Under the pieces are notes generated by a model that was not told where the DNA came from, made no database searches, and saw only the letters and a program-made list of their open reading frames with translations. The translations under genes and the position numbers were made by a program. DNA of 64,000 nt, taken from Methanobacteriota archaeon. GTDB taxonomy: Archaea; Thermoplasmatota; Poseidoniia; Poseidoniales; Poseidoniaceae. The stretch spans positions 8,059-72,058 of the forward strand of contig PAOW01000033.1 in the NCBI GenBank assembly GCA_002710015.1, written 5' to 3'. Each line of letters begins with the position of its first letter. Positions within the stretch are counted from its first letter, which is position 1. Shown piece after piece: positions 49,384 through 59,619 of this stretch.

Positions 49384-50358
49384 ATGCAAATATGGTTAGA
49401 TTTTGGTCAAAGATCTAACGGCGTGGATTTAGTCAATGGTGAAGACCTAATCGTAGATGGTGATGCAGTATATATCGATGGTAAAATAGCCGGTAGAAGA
49501 GTTGATGTCAGTGATTCAAAGGGTCAAGCAAGAGCTAGATCAATGGCTGGCAGCCTTGAGTGGATACTACTCGATTTAGGCGATTGGAAAATGATCCCAA
49601 TAGAGAATATAATCGCTGCATGTGACGGAACGCCCACGAAGGTCGCTGCTCGTATATCAACATCAGAACAACTACTGGGTGCTGCATTTGCTTTACAGAT
49701 TGGAGTAGATGCGCTACTTGTACCAGAATCAATACTTGAAAGCGCTTTAATCGCTAAATCTCAACGTTTGGAGAGAACTGAAACTGAGATTTTAAGCGGT
49801 AATCAGCATGACTTTACATTGACTACACTAGAGGTTACAACAGTCACTGAAGGGGGCGTTGGAGATAGGGTATGTGTTGACTTTACAGGCTTATTAAGTG
49901 AAGGAGAAGGCATGTTAGTTGGCTCTAGTTCATCTTCTATGGCATTAGTTCACGGTGAAACCGTGGAATCGGAGTTTGTCCCAACTAGACCATTCAGAGT
50001 AAACGCAGGTGCAGCTCATTCCTACACCTTGATGGCAGATGGTAGCACCAAGTATCTATCTGAATTAAAAATGGGTGATGAAGTGAAAGTTATATCACAG
50101 GATAGTGCTGAACGATTTATGACTGTTGGTCGTGTAAAAATCGAGAAGAGACCATTTATCCTACTCAAGTGGAAAGATGAAAACAATAATCAATCAGGTC
50201 TCTTCCTTCAGCAAGCGGAGACTGTTCGCCTAGTAGGTATTTCTGAAGAACTCATACCTGTCACTAGTATTAACATTGGAATGAAAATTTTGGGTTACAC
50301 AGGAGGAACAGGTAGGCACATTGGTATCCCGATTAATGCAGAAGTGAAAGAGAGGTAG
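49384..50358 (+). CDS. aroB': 3-dehydroquinate synthase II
   Basis: WKMIPIENIIA, GDRVCVD, GEGMLVGS, RPFRVNAGAAH, VGRVKIEKRP, LQQAETVRL, GRHIG. Confidence 0.93.
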   Translation: MQIWLDFGQRSNGVDLVNGEDLIVDGDAVYIDGKIAGRRVDVSDSKGQARARSMAGSLEWILLDLGDWKMIPIENIIAACDGTPTKVAARISTSEQLLGAAFALQIGVDALLVPESILESALIAKSQRLERTETEILSGNQHDFTLTTLEVTTVTEGGVGDRVCVDFTGLLSEGEGMLVGSSSSSMALVHGETVESEFVPTRPFRVNAGAAHSYTLMADGSTKYLSELKMGDEVKVISQDSAERFMTVGRVKIEKRPFILLKWKDENNNQSGLFLQQAETVRLVGISEELIPVTSINIGMKILGYTGGTGRHIGIPINAEVKER

Positions 50359-50366
50359 GTGAGCAA

Positions 50367-51245
50367 ATGGCCGTGTTGGGAAATGGTTCTGCAAATGGAG
50401 CATGTAGCCTGCTTCATGCAGCAGGTCTAGGTTATGGAGCCTCCCTAGCACTTGACCTCCAAGTCAAAGTTAGAGTTCTGGACAAACAGCCAAGGAAAGT
50501 ATTAGACGATCCCGACGGTCTTTTGAATGAAGTTGAAACTTCTTGGAAGAATGCGGGACACGATTTTCCCGATCAAGAAATATTTTGGTCAGTAACTTCA
50601 GATATACCTCCTCGCCAAGGCCTGAAATCAAGTTCTGCGGTTGCAGTTGCTGCGATTAGAGCCCTTTGTGATGCAACAAATACAGAACTTAGTAACGGAG
50701 AAATCGTTGACATCGCTGCTGCTGCACAACTTGCTTCAGGTGTATCTATTACTGGTAGTTATGATGATTCATGGGCCGCAATTGAAGGAGGTTGGAAACT
50801 TATCGATATTAGTGCTGAGACTGCTGAACAAGGGCTATTGCTGGAATCTCCCGGGCCAAATTCTGAGGACTGGACTGTGTTAATAGTTCTTCGAGATGAG
50901 AGGCTTGAACGCCCTTCCTTGGAGAGCTTCTCCTATCAGCAACAATCCTTCTCACAAGCACTAACAGCCTTACAGGAAGGAAAAGATTTAGTTGCCTTAA
51001 CATTGAATGGAAGAGGAGTTATCGGAGCTGTAAATGACCCAATAGCAAGAAGGATGACAAATGACGCATTTGTGAATGGGGCAAGAGCCGCAGGAATGAC
51101 GGGTTCAGGTCCTGCAATAGTGATCTTTTTACCCAGTATTAGCCAACAATCCATAGATAGGCTGCGAAATTGGTATGACAGATATGATGGAGTTGAAATA
51201 TTGGAAACGACTGTCATAAATGCAGATTTGGTGTATGAACAATAG
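50367..51245 (+). CDS. aroK: Archaeal shikimate kinase (GHMP family)
   Basis: SDIPPRQGLKSSSA, SITGSYDD, GMTGSGPA. Confidence 0.9.
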   Translation: MAVLGNGSANGACSLLHAAGLGYGASLALDLQVKVRVLDKQPRKVLDDPDGLLNEVETSWKNAGHDFPDQEIFWSVTSDIPPRQGLKSSSAVAVAAIRALCDATNTELSNGEIVDIAAAAQLASGVSITGSYDDSWAAIEGGWKLIDISAETAEQGLLLESPGPNSEDWTVLIVLRDERLERPSLESFSYQQQSFSQALTALQEGKDLVALTLNGRGVIGAVNDPIARRMTNDAFVNGARAAGMTGSGPAIVIFLPSISQQSIDRLRNWYDRYDGVEILETTVINADLVYEQ

Positions 51246-51292
51246 TAACCACACATTCTTGAATGGATGGCTGCTCATCCTCTTTGACACCA

Positions 51293-52282
51293 ATGCGTAT
51301 GAGTTTGGGCGAGAATGTAGTCGTTACTCTTTTTGGAGAGTCCCATGGCCTAGCAGTTGGCGCATTAATCGAAGGCATGCCTGCAAATAATGAAATAAAT
51401 TTGGAGCAACTAATAGAAGATATGGTCTCTAGAAGACCAGGCTCTGGGCTGGCGAGTAAGAGGAAAGAAACGGATGATGTTGAGATATTATCTGGTGTCC
51501 ACAAAGGTAAAACAACAGGTATGCCAATATTACTACTGATTAGGAACAAAGATGTTAGATCAAAGGATTATTCATTTCTTCCGTATCAACCTAGACCTGG
51601 CCATGTTGACCACCCTATCAGCGTAAAGAGTGAGGGTGCAGCTGACTTACGAGGAGGCGGATCGTTTTCCGCCAGATTGACCGCAGGTTTGGTTGCAGCA
51701 TCATCAATCTCAAGAGTTGCCATACCTGATGATTGGAAGATTGATGCAACTGTTGGTGCTTTGGGTGGCCTTGAAGGTGATGCTGGAATTGCCCTAGCAG
51801 AGGAAGCGCGCAAAGCTGGAGATTCTTTAGGCAGTAGAGTTGATTTAGTGATTTCCGGGCTCCCTGTTGGATTAGGTGAGCCATGGTTTGACGGAATTGA
51901 ACCAGTACTAGCAAGAGCCCTAATGGCTATACCTGCGGCTAGAGCAGTTGAATTTGGAAGAGGAGTGAATGCCGGACTCATGCGAGGAAGTGAACATAAT
52001 GATACGTGGGGAGAAGATATGTCCCTTGGTGAAGGTGCTGATGGAGCCCTTGGCGGGATGGCAAGTGGAGCACCCATCCATGTGCGAGTTACTTTCAAAC
52101 CTCCAAGCGGTATATCACTACCTCAAGAAACGTTTAATCAAGTCACTGGGATGATTGAAGAACTTGCTATTGAAGGTAGACATGACCCCGTGATTGCACC
52201 ACGTGCTAGACCAGTTGTAGAAGCTGTTGCGAGGTTGGTTCTACTAGATTTAGGCATCCAAGGAGGATACATAGATGAGTGA
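51293..52282 (+). CDS. aroC: Chorismate synthase
   Basis: FGESHG, RRPG, PRPGH, DLRGGGSFSARLT, GEPWFD, FKPP, GRHDP.IAPRA.PVVEA. Confidence 0.95.
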   Translation: MRMSLGENVVVTLFGESHGLAVGALIEGMPANNEINLEQLIEDMVSRRPGSGLASKRKETDDVEILSGVHKGKTTGMPILLLIRNKDVRSKDYSFLPYQPRPGHVDHPISVKSEGAADLRGGGSFSARLTAGLVAASSISRVAIPDDWKIDATVGALGGLEGDAGIALAEEARKAGDSLGSRVDLVISGLPVGLGEPWFDGIEPVLARALMAIPAARAVEFGRGVNAGLMRGSEHNDTWGEDMSLGEGADGALGGMASGAPIHVRVTFKPPSGISLPQETFNQVTGMIEELAIEGRHDPVIAPRARPVVEAVARLVLLDLGIQGGYIDE

Positions 52283-53519
52283 AATTGTTGTTCACAAATT
52301 TGGTGGTTCATGCTTGAGAGAAAAAGGTGACATAGACAGGATTTACAACATCATCAAGAACACAAAAGAAAGCCCTGTGATAGTAGTCTCAGCAATTTGG
52401 GGTATGACTGACAGGCTGATTCGTGCTGAGAGAGATCCAGCATATGCAGGTAGGTTAGTCCAAGACTTAAGATCTCAACATCTAATCTTTGCACCGGGAC
52501 TCGACAAAGGTGAATTTTCAGATTTATTTGAGAGAGTCATGTCTGGAATTTCTAATAATTTACTAGAATATACTTCTGGAGAAGCATCCTCGCATTGCAA
52601 AAACCTGATTTTAGCCGCCGGTGAAAGGCTCAGTGCATTAGCTGTTGCACACCGACTACGTGAACTAGGACTTGAGAAAGCACAACCAATAGGTGCTGAA
52701 GACGTGGGTCTAAAACTGAAAGGCAAAGGGAGAGCGAAGGAGATTGACATCGAGTTATCCTCAAAACATCTGGATAACAAAAGACTTGTCGGCATTCCAG
52801 TATTAACCGGTTGGTTTGGAGAAGGTGAAGACGGAGATATAGCAGTCTTGTCTAGGGGAGGTTCTGATCACTCAGCTGCCGCCTTCGCAAACTTGCTCAA
52901 TGCAAAAAAACTGATTTTGTGGAAAGATGTAGATGGAATTAAGAGACTAAATCCAAGATGGGGATTAGAAACACCTAGCATTCCGTATTTGAATTATGAA
53001 CAAGCCCTTGAACTATCACTACATGGAACACCTATCATCCACCCTGCTACGGTGATACCACTTGTAGAGATTGGAATTCCAATAGAAGTTCGCAATTTTC
53101 ACAAACCAACAAGTAACACTCCAACCAAGATAGGTCCTGAAGCCGCATCAAGCGGCGTAATTGCGATAGGTTGCTACCCTGGCGTTGCAGTAATAACAAA
53201 TAACAAACAATTGTCCAGTCTACTGTTATCTAAAATTGAGGAGTTCGATGTCTCTCCGTGGTTAATGAAATCAACTCCAGACAGTTTGAAACTGATTATA
53301 CCTACCCATGACTTTGACAGGCTAGAAGAGTTTGTTGAGGGAAAAACCGAATTCAAAACAGCAATTGTCTCAATAATAGGAGATTGTGAGATTCCCAGTG
53401 GATATGAAATAGTCTCTAGCAATGAATATGCTACAAGAGTAATCGTCGAAACAGACAACTTGTCAAAGACTATTGATGAGATATATCACTCTTTATTCTC
53501 TCTCCAAGACTGCAAATGA
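52275..53519 (+). CDS. lysC: Aspartate kinase
   Basis: VHKFGGS, VVSA..GMTD, GERLSA, LSRGGSDHSA, WKDVDG, IIHP. Confidence 0.88.
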   Translation: MSEIVVHKFGGSCLREKGDIDRIYNIIKNTKESPVIVVSAIWGMTDRLIRAERDPAYAGRLVQDLRSQHLIFAPGLDKGEFSDLFERVMSGISNNLLEYTSGEASSHCKNLILAAGERLSALAVAHRLRELGLEKAQPIGAEDVGLKLKGKGRAKEIDIELSSKHLDNKRLVGIPVLTGWFGEGEDGDIAVLSRGGSDHSAAAFANLLNAKKLILWKDVDGIKRLNPRWGLETPSIPYLNYEQALELSLHGTPIIHPATVIPLVEIGIPIEVRNFHKPTSNTPTKIGPEAASSGVIAIGCYPGVAVITNNKQLSSLLLSKIEEFDVSPWLMKSTPDSLKLIIPTHDFDRLEEFVEGKTEFKTAIVSIIGDCEIPSGYEIVSSNEYATRVIVETDNLSKTIDEIYHSLFSLQDCK

Positions 53520-54400
53520 GTCGGCAAGTCCAAGGCAAACAAGCCGCCAACGACCAGGAATACAAACAGAGTTCCCAGAGCAACGCCATATACAGAAATC
53601 AGTTCTACGGATTCTTCCATTCTTAGGGCTGTTTGTTCAGAGAACAACGATACTAGCGCTGGTAAGATCGTGTTTACAGAAAGAACGAGCAAAGCTAATC
53701 CACCAGCAATAATGGGGTTTATGACCAAGGAACGATGATATTTCCCGATTATTTTTTTCACATTCATTACGTAAACTTCTCTAGTCCTTATCGAAGTGTC
53801 AAGCATGCTAAATCTCAATACTCCGTTGGACAATTCGAAATACATAACAAGCAAAACTGCATATGTTACAACCAGAATCGTCAGAAGGAATTCACTATCC
53901 CCTAATCCAAAAACATCTTGTGAAAGTGATACCTTTGAGGATGCAAATCTCATTACAGACAATATGAACAGTATGTAAGAGGTTAGCAAATATCTAGCAT
54001 CTCTACTCATTGTACCCCAAAAACCAGTTCCAATAGCTCCAACTACTACGATTAACTGTAGAATGTTTGCAATAGCAATTGAGCCCGTAACTGCATACCA
54101 TAGTGTGCCAACAGCAGGGGTTACAATATATGTCAAGATACCAAGTGCTATTAGAACTCCATAGCAACCTAATTGTAAATTTTGCACCATCTTATCAGCA
54201 GGCAAGAATTTCATTTTAGGTACTAGTGGACCACCGAGTAAACTCTCAACAAAGGAAGGTATCTCTACGGTAGGAATTGCATCCTTTGGAATCTCAGATC
54301 CTCCTGACATCTTTCCTGCCAGTTTCTTTCGAGAGGGTGCTGAAGAGCGCACGGTCTTGCCATCGTATAGGTGGGATGTGTCTCCTGATTTATTTGCCAT
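53486..54400 (-). CDS. Hypothetical multi-pass membrane protein (MoxR operon)
   Basis: Six to seven hydrophobic segments; last gene of the MoxR/DUF58 cluster. Confidence 0.7.
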   Translation of the reverse strand: MANKSGDTSHLYDGKTVRSSAPSRKKLAGKMSGGSEIPKDAIPTVEIPSFVESLLGGPLVPKMKFLPADKMVQNLQLGCYGVLIALGILTYIVTPAVGTLWYAVTGSIAIANILQLIVVVGAIGTGFWGTMSRDARYLLTSYILFILSVMRFASSKVSLSQDVFGLGDSEFLLTILVVTYAVLLVMYFELSNGVLRFSMLDTSIRTREVYVMNVKKIIGKYHRSLVINPIIAGGLALLVLSVNTILPALVSLFSEQTALRMEESVELISVYGVALGTLFVFLVVGGLFALDLPTHLQSWRENKE

Positions 54401-54410
54401 TATGATACCC

Positions 54411-55724
54411 CTAAAATCCTCTTGCTCCTGCTAGCGCTGTTGAAAGTAGCATGTCTGGTTCCCAATCCATGATATTTACACCAAGTCCTCGTAACTCGCC
54501 TATCAGCACGTCCCTTTCTGTCTTCAACACTTCATATCCAGTTCTATCTAACCTTCTTGCATCGAATTCAAACTCTAGGCTAGAAGGCGATAATACTGTC
54601 ACATCGAAGTCCCTAGCTCTGAAGTCTCTCAGTGCATTGACAACAGTGGGATCATCCTCAAGATTTGATAGAACTATTATCGGGCTACCTTTGTTAATGT
54701 GGGGCAATATTCTGTTTACTACAACCTGAAGTGGAATATTTCCTTTAGCCATAGCCCCAGCTAGTTTTGTCAAAATAACATACAACTGCTTCTTACCTGT
54801 ATCTCTGTCAACACTAACAACCTCATCACCATACGTGATCAATCCAACTGAGTCTCTCCTACCAAGGAAATACTTGGCTAGACTAGCCGCTGCTCTGGTA
54901 GAATAAACCAAGGCATTTCGAGAAACCGGACCTGTCTCAGATACAGCCCTAGAATCTACAATCAATATTATATCGCTAACTGCATCTCTTTCTCTCTCGT
55001 TGACCATCAATCGGCCGCTTCTTGCATATGCTGACCAGTTTATCGCTCGGAAAGAGTCACCATCAAAATATTCTCTAAGCGAATAGAATTCAGAACCTGG
55101 CCCTGGCTGTCTAATGTTTACAGCACCAGTGAATATTTTTGGAACTCTTGATTTGACAAATGTATCTTTCAAATCCTCCATCTTAGGGAAAACTAGGAAA
55201 TCGTTGTAGACATGCAACTCCTTTTCTTTGTGGAAAAGACCGAATGGGTCTTGAACCCTTACAGCCACTGGTCCTAAACTGTAAAACCCTCTTAGAGGAC
55301 ACTCTACTGTATACTCTATGAATGTCTCACGTCTTGGGCCTAATTCCATTAAAATGTAATTTGCTCCTTCTTTTATCCGCATGACTTCAGGAACTCTATC
55401 ACGAACCTCGAGTATTTTTCCAAGAGCAGAGTGATTTTGCATCCTCAATGTAACTGAAACCTCGCCATCTTCAAAAATACGAGCACTAGACAGTTTTCGC
55501 ATTGCAGAGACATTGGAAAGAGATACACCCTCTTCTCCCATCCATTCCTCTGCCCTGCGTCCACTAGCAGCGACGTCAGCATGTCCTCCAAACAATGCAG
55601 CCCATGTTAGGAACACAAAGATCACAACAGCTATGGTTACTAATTGAGAATTTCTCAACGTAAGACCAAGCAAATACATTGCTACGGCTAAAGACCCTAA
55701 CATTGCACTTTTGCGACTCCACAT
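54411..55724 (-). CDS. DUF58 domain protein (MoxR partner)
   Basis: RGFY.LGP..DPFGL, LVFP, GSEFYSLREY..GD.FR.INWSA.AR, DSVGLI. Confidence 0.9.
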   Translation of the reverse strand: MWSRKSAMLGSLAVAMYLLGLTLRNSQLVTIAVVIFVFLTWAALFGGHADVAASGRRAEEWMGEEGVSLSNVSAMRKLSSARIFEDGEVSVTLRMQNHSALGKILEVRDRVPEVMRIKEGANYILMELGPRRETFIEYTVECPLRGFYSLGPVAVRVQDPFGLFHKEKELHVYNDFLVFPKMEDLKDTFVKSRVPKIFTGAVNIRQPGPGSEFYSLREYFDGDSFRAINWSAYARSGRLMVNERERDAVSDIILIVDSRAVSETGPVSRNALVYSTRAAASLAKYFLGRRDSVGLITYGDEVVSVDRDTGKKQLYVILTKLAGAMAKGNIPLQVVVNRILPHINKGSPIIVLSNLEDDPTVVNALRDFRARDFDVTVLSPSSLEFEFDARRLDRTGYEVLKTERDVLIGELRGLGVNIMDWEPDMLLSTALAGARGF

Positions 55725-55755
55725 ACTACGTCACCTACGGTTATTCAGTGAAATT

Positions 55756-56925
55756 TCAGACCGTTGGAACTGGAACTTCTCGCAAAATCGTCTGTATTAC
55801 TTCACCAGACTCCAATCCTTTGATTTGGTGTTCTGGCTTTAGTATGATTCTGTGTGCTAGTGCAAGTTCTGCTACGGTCTTGATGTCATCGGGTGTTACG
55901 AAATCGCGTCCACGAAGGGCCGCTGCTGCACGAGATGTTTTCAGTAGAGCTTGAGAACCACGAGGGGATGAACCTACCAAAACTCTTGGATCTTCCCTTG
56001 TTCTAGTTACAACCTCAACCATGTACATTCTCAACGCTGGATCGACATAAATGTCTTCACACGCTTGTTGCATGGCTATAACTCTCTGTGGGTCTGTAAT
56101 TACGTCAACATCAACAGCGTCTTTTCCACGGTTGATACGTCGAGCAAGTATCTCGTCCTCATCTGCACGGTCCGGATAACCTACACTCATCTTGAACATG
56201 AACCGGTCCAGCTGTGCTTCAGGTAGGGGATATGTTCCTTCCTGTTCAACAGGGTTTTGTGTTGCCATAACAATAAACGGTGCAGGTAACTTGTGGGTGA
56301 CTGTTCCAATAGTCACCTGCTTCTCCTGCATAGCCTCAAGCAAAGCAGCTTGGGTTTTAGGAGGAGCACGGTTTATTTCGTCAGCAAGTAACAAGTTACA
56401 GAACAATGGTCCTGGCTTGAATGTGAATTCTCCCTTCTTGGCATCGTATATGTTAGTACCAGTAATATCTGCTGGTAGCAAATCCGGAGTGAACTGGACA
56501 CGTTTGAAGTCACATCCAAGTGCGTCTGCAAACGTGTTGGTCATCAGGGTTTTTGCAAGTCCAGGATAATCTTCGAATAACAGGTTTCCGTTAGATAAGA
56601 TATTGATTAATACATTATCTATAACGTGGCTCTTTCCGATAATTACCTTCTGTACTTCAGCGCTTATTGCCTGAGCGATTGCTCCTACTGCTTGTAGGCG
56701 TTCTCTTACCTCAGGGCTACTCTGGTGTCTAGGCTGTGCCTGAACCGGTGCTGGTGCAGCAGGGGCTGGTGCCGGAGCAGCTGGAGCAGGCGCTTGAGGC
56801 GCTGCTGGAGCTGCTGGAGCAGGCGCTTGAGGCGCTGCTGGGGCTGGTGCCGCTGCTGGCATTCCTGCGGGAGCAGGTGGTGCCGGTGCAGGGGGGGCTG
56901 CGGGTGGTGGTGGTGCTGGCTGCAT
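55756..56925 (-). CDS. moxR: MoxR-family AAA+ ATPase with Pro/Ala-rich N-terminal extension
   Basis: EDYPGLAKT, RVQFTPDLLPAD, DEINRAPPKTQAALLEAM, ATQNPVEQEGTYPLPEAQLDRF, SPRG. Confidence 0.95.
   Translation of the reverse strand: MQPAPPPPAAPPAPAPPAPAGMPAAAPAPAAPQAPAPAAPAAPQAPAPAAPAPAPAAPAPVQAQPRHQSSPEVRERLQAVGAIAQAISAEVQKVIIGKSHVIDNVLINILSNGNLLFEDYPGLAKTLMTNTFADALGCDFKRVQFTPDLLPADITGTNIYDAKKGEFTFKPGPLFCNLLLADEINRAPPKTQAALLEAMQEKQVTIGTVTHKLPAPFIVMATQNPVEQEGTYPLPEAQLDRFMFKMSVGYPDRADEDEILARRINRGKDAVDVDVITDPQRVIAMQQACEDIYVDPALRMYMVEVVTRTREDPRVLVGSSPRGSQALLKTSRAAAALRGRDFVTPDDIKTVAELALAHRIILKPEHQIKGLESGEVIQTILREVPVPTV
56745..56925 (-). repeat. GC-rich low-complexity Pro/Ala repeat including a 29-bp direct repeat with 33-bp period
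   Basis: GCTGGAGCAGGCGCTTGAGGCGCTGCTGG at 56780 and 56813; encodes (PAAPQAPAPAA)-type units. Confidence 0.85.
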
Positions 56926-56945
56926 GTCTTTTTTACCTCCTTAGT

Positions 56946-58517
56946 TTATTTTCCCCAACGCCGAATTTGTTGCAATAATTGCCTTAATTCTTCGTTGGAA
57001 TATGAACGCTGTTGTGAATATAACAGCTCGATTAGGCGAGGATCTTTTACCATAGATTGGACCTCTCCTGGGGTTTTTCTTATCATCTCGTCACGTGTCA
57101 AATCATTGAACTGACGAACTTTTGCCATTAGTGCTTCTCGCACTCTAGGAATATACTGATTAGGATCGACTTTGTTGGGTCTCTCTCTAAATCTTGTTAA
57201 ATCGAATATGTGTCTCCAGTTTTCCTTTTCAGGGACTACCATGATTGCGATTGATAGTAGAGCGACTAAGTTCAAAATTATTAGCCATTTTAACAGTGTA
57301 TCACTGGTGAGCATTACTATCGCACCAATAGCTTCAGTAAACGGAGAAGATACAGCAGAGGTTACGTGGCGAGATTCGTCAAATACGATGTAGAAATTGC
57401 TATTTTCGCTGGTTATGACAGTAGAAATTTCTTCGTTATCATGCTCCATCATATCTCTAATCATGGTTACGAAGTAATCCTCATTACCATTCCAATTTGT
57501 ATCGCCATCGCTAGAAGATAGTAGTGAATCCCAGCATGCCCTATCACCATAGCTTGCAGAGGAGCATTGTTCCTTACCTGTGACTTCAGCATCAGCCTTA
57601 TCCCACAGATGATTAGCAAAAACTGAATGGTCCGAGATAAATACAATACTTCCTGTTACATCAACTTCTCCTTCACGAATTCCCTTCACTTGATCAACGA
57701 CTTCTATACCTGGGTAGTCCATTCTTACTATCAAACCAGTGTTGTTGCCTCCGAGTACGGGGTTGTTTCTGTTGTTAGGATTGTTATCTTCTCTGGCAAT
57801 AAATGCTGAGCCAGATGCGTGTGCAAGGATTTTGACATTTCTAGAATCCTCAACGTCGTTCTCTAAAACTTGAATTGCTGTTGGCCTGTGGAACAAAACA
57901 GGTAGCGCACAGTCGTCGTATTTGCTACTGTCTTGTAAATCACTGCAATACTCTCGCCTTTCAAATTGATCGTCCCAAACCTTGCTCACACCGGCAACAG
58001 CCCAAATCTTGTGCTGATCGGCAGGTTCAGGTTGACCGGTTTGGCTTTTGACCTCGTAGTATCTGTTTGGATCAACAACTGGAGCATCGAAGAACTTTAC
58101 ATCAAATTCTTCTGCAACTGTTTGAGCATTTGTTGAATTTGCAGCGATTATCACTTTACCTCCTTTTTCAGTAACGAAATCATGGATTGCTTCTGCCTCA
58201 GAACTATCGAAGGGCTTCTCCGGTGCAGCTATGATTAGCATTGTCCTGTGAGGTTCTCTCCAGTCATTTACTAACATAGGAGTTGACATTGTATTAGCAA
58301 CTACGTAGTTCTTACCTTCATCGCCAAGCGAGGCACGCATGGTCGAAATCTGTTGATACTGTAGATTTGTATCAGCGTCTGTAACGTAAGCAGAGTATAC
58401 AGTATCCTTGTCAGCAGAGGTGACTACTATCACTGTAGTAGAAAGTAGCAGTGCTACGATGAATCCCACCAAGAGCCAGGTTTCTAACTTGACCTTAGAT
58501 GGCTCTCCGTCTGTCAT
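56946..58517 (-). CDS. Membrane protein with DUF4350/GldG-like extracytoplasmic domain (MoxR operon)
   Basis: N-terminal TM, LIIAAPEKPF..E...I.DFV..GG.VIIA, GSIVFISD.SVF.N, FDESRH, second TM. Confidence 0.7.
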   Translation of the reverse strand: MTDGEPSKVKLETWLLVGFIVALLLSTTVIVVTSADKDTVYSAYVTDADTNLQYQQISTMRASLGDEGKNYVVANTMSTPMLVNDWREPHRTMLIIAAPEKPFDSSEAEAIHDFVTEKGGKVIIAANSTNAQTVAEEFDVKFFDAPVVDPNRYYEVKSQTGQPEPADQHKIWAVAGVSKVWDDQFERREYCSDLQDSSKYDDCALPVLFHRPTAIQVLENDVEDSRNVKILAHASGSAFIAREDNNPNNRNNPVLGGNNTGLIVRMDYPGIEVVDQVKGIREGEVDVTGSIVFISDHSVFANHLWDKADAEVTGKEQCSSASYGDRACWDSLLSSSDGDTNWNGNEDYFVTMIRDMMEHDNEEISTVITSENSNFYIVFDESRHVTSAVSSPFTEAIGAIVMLTSDTLLKWLIILNLVALLSIAIMVVPEKENWRHIFDLTRFRERPNKVDPNQYIPRVREALMAKVRQFNDLTRDEMIRKTPGEVQSMVKDPRLIELLYSQQRSYSNEELRQLLQQIRRWGK

Positions 58518-58668
58518 TTTTCTCCACCAATTAATCGGCTACGTACAAACGTAGTAATCAACGGAACTTCACTACACTCATATAGATTATCGTGGCTTGC
58601 TCAAATTTTTGAAATGAATATCATATGACCTATAAGAGTATCATTCCCTTATTTGTGAATTAAATACG

Positions 58669-59619
58669 TCATTTTCGCCGGAAAACGGCAGCCAATGTAA
58701 CAATTAGCACACACATTACAGAAGAATTTGCTGATAATGAGTTGTCCTCAACCTCCAATCCTACTGGCTCATTGTCGGGTAATGGCTCCTCATTTTCTTC
58801 CTCGGAATTATCACTTTTCGTGTCTGAATGTCCATCAACATTGAACTCTAGTTCATTGGTGTATGACAGGCCATTACCTTCGCTCGTTACCGTCAATAAG
58901 AATTTACAAATTCTATCTTGGTGATTTGAAGGTGCAGACAGGATTATTGATCCTATTTTCGAGTCTGATATGGTTACGCCTTGCTCAATTCCTGAATCAC
59001 TAGAATCATAATTCATTTGAGGACATCCTCGAAATGACATCGAAACTTTTTGTATTGCATCATCGACATTACCTGAATTCGAAATTTTTACATCGACCCT
59101 CTCGCTTGTTCCAGATTTAATTTCTGGACCTTTTCCGTCTATTAAAGATTGGAATTCTATCTCGAATCCAAATACTGAAGAGAATTGTATTTGTTTCTCG
59201 ATTTCTTTTGAGTCAATTACCTGATCACCCACATCCAAGGTAGCCGTAACTTTGACCACATCAAAGTATGCGCCACTAGCATCGTGAAACACGCCATCCA
59301 ACATTCCAGACCCTGTAATAGTTATTTCAAAGGTCTCATTTGCATTCGCTGCCACGTCGACTTTGCCTGGATCGTCTACTTCAAATCCATCATAAGTCTC
59401 GATTTCGACTTCAAATTCTCCCGGAACTGGACGTGAATTGTCAATCCAGAATTTCAAAACCAAATTGAAGTTTGAAGAACTATCAAGCTCCATAATTGCA
59501 GGTTCGTCTTCCACTTCCCAACCTAAATCCCAGTTAGGTGGCTCGAATTCTGGAAGTTGTGCATCTGCTGCTGGCACTACAAAAGCCAGTAGTAAGAGTG
59601 CGATTACTGCTCGTCTCAC
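58669..59619 (-). CDS. Exported Ig-like surface protein with C-terminal TM and basic-tail sorting signal
   Basis: Signal peptide ending ADA, ISNSGNVDD module, acidic linker, C-terminus VMCVLIVTLAAVFRRK. Confidence 0.7.
   Translation of the reverse strand: MRRAVIALLLLAFVVPAADAQLPEFEPPNWDLGWEVEDEPAIMELDSSSNFNLVLKFWIDNSRPVPGEFEVEIETYDGFEVDDPGKVDVAANANETFEITITGSGMLDGVFHDASGAYFDVVKVTATLDVGDQVIDSKEIEKQIQFSSVFGFEIEFQSLIDGKGPEIKSGTSERVDVKISNSGNVDDAIQKVSMSFRGCPQMNYDSSDSGIEQGVTISDSKIGSIILSAPSNHQDRICKFLLTVTSEGNGLSYTNELEFNVDGHSDTKSDNSEEENEEPLPDNEPVGLEVEDNSLSANSSVMCVLIVTLAAVFRRK

Noticed and set aside
56725-57114. Cys/Trp/Arg-rich plus-strand ORF resembling a repeat peptide
   Set aside because: Antisense reading of the Pro/Ala repeat of moxR.
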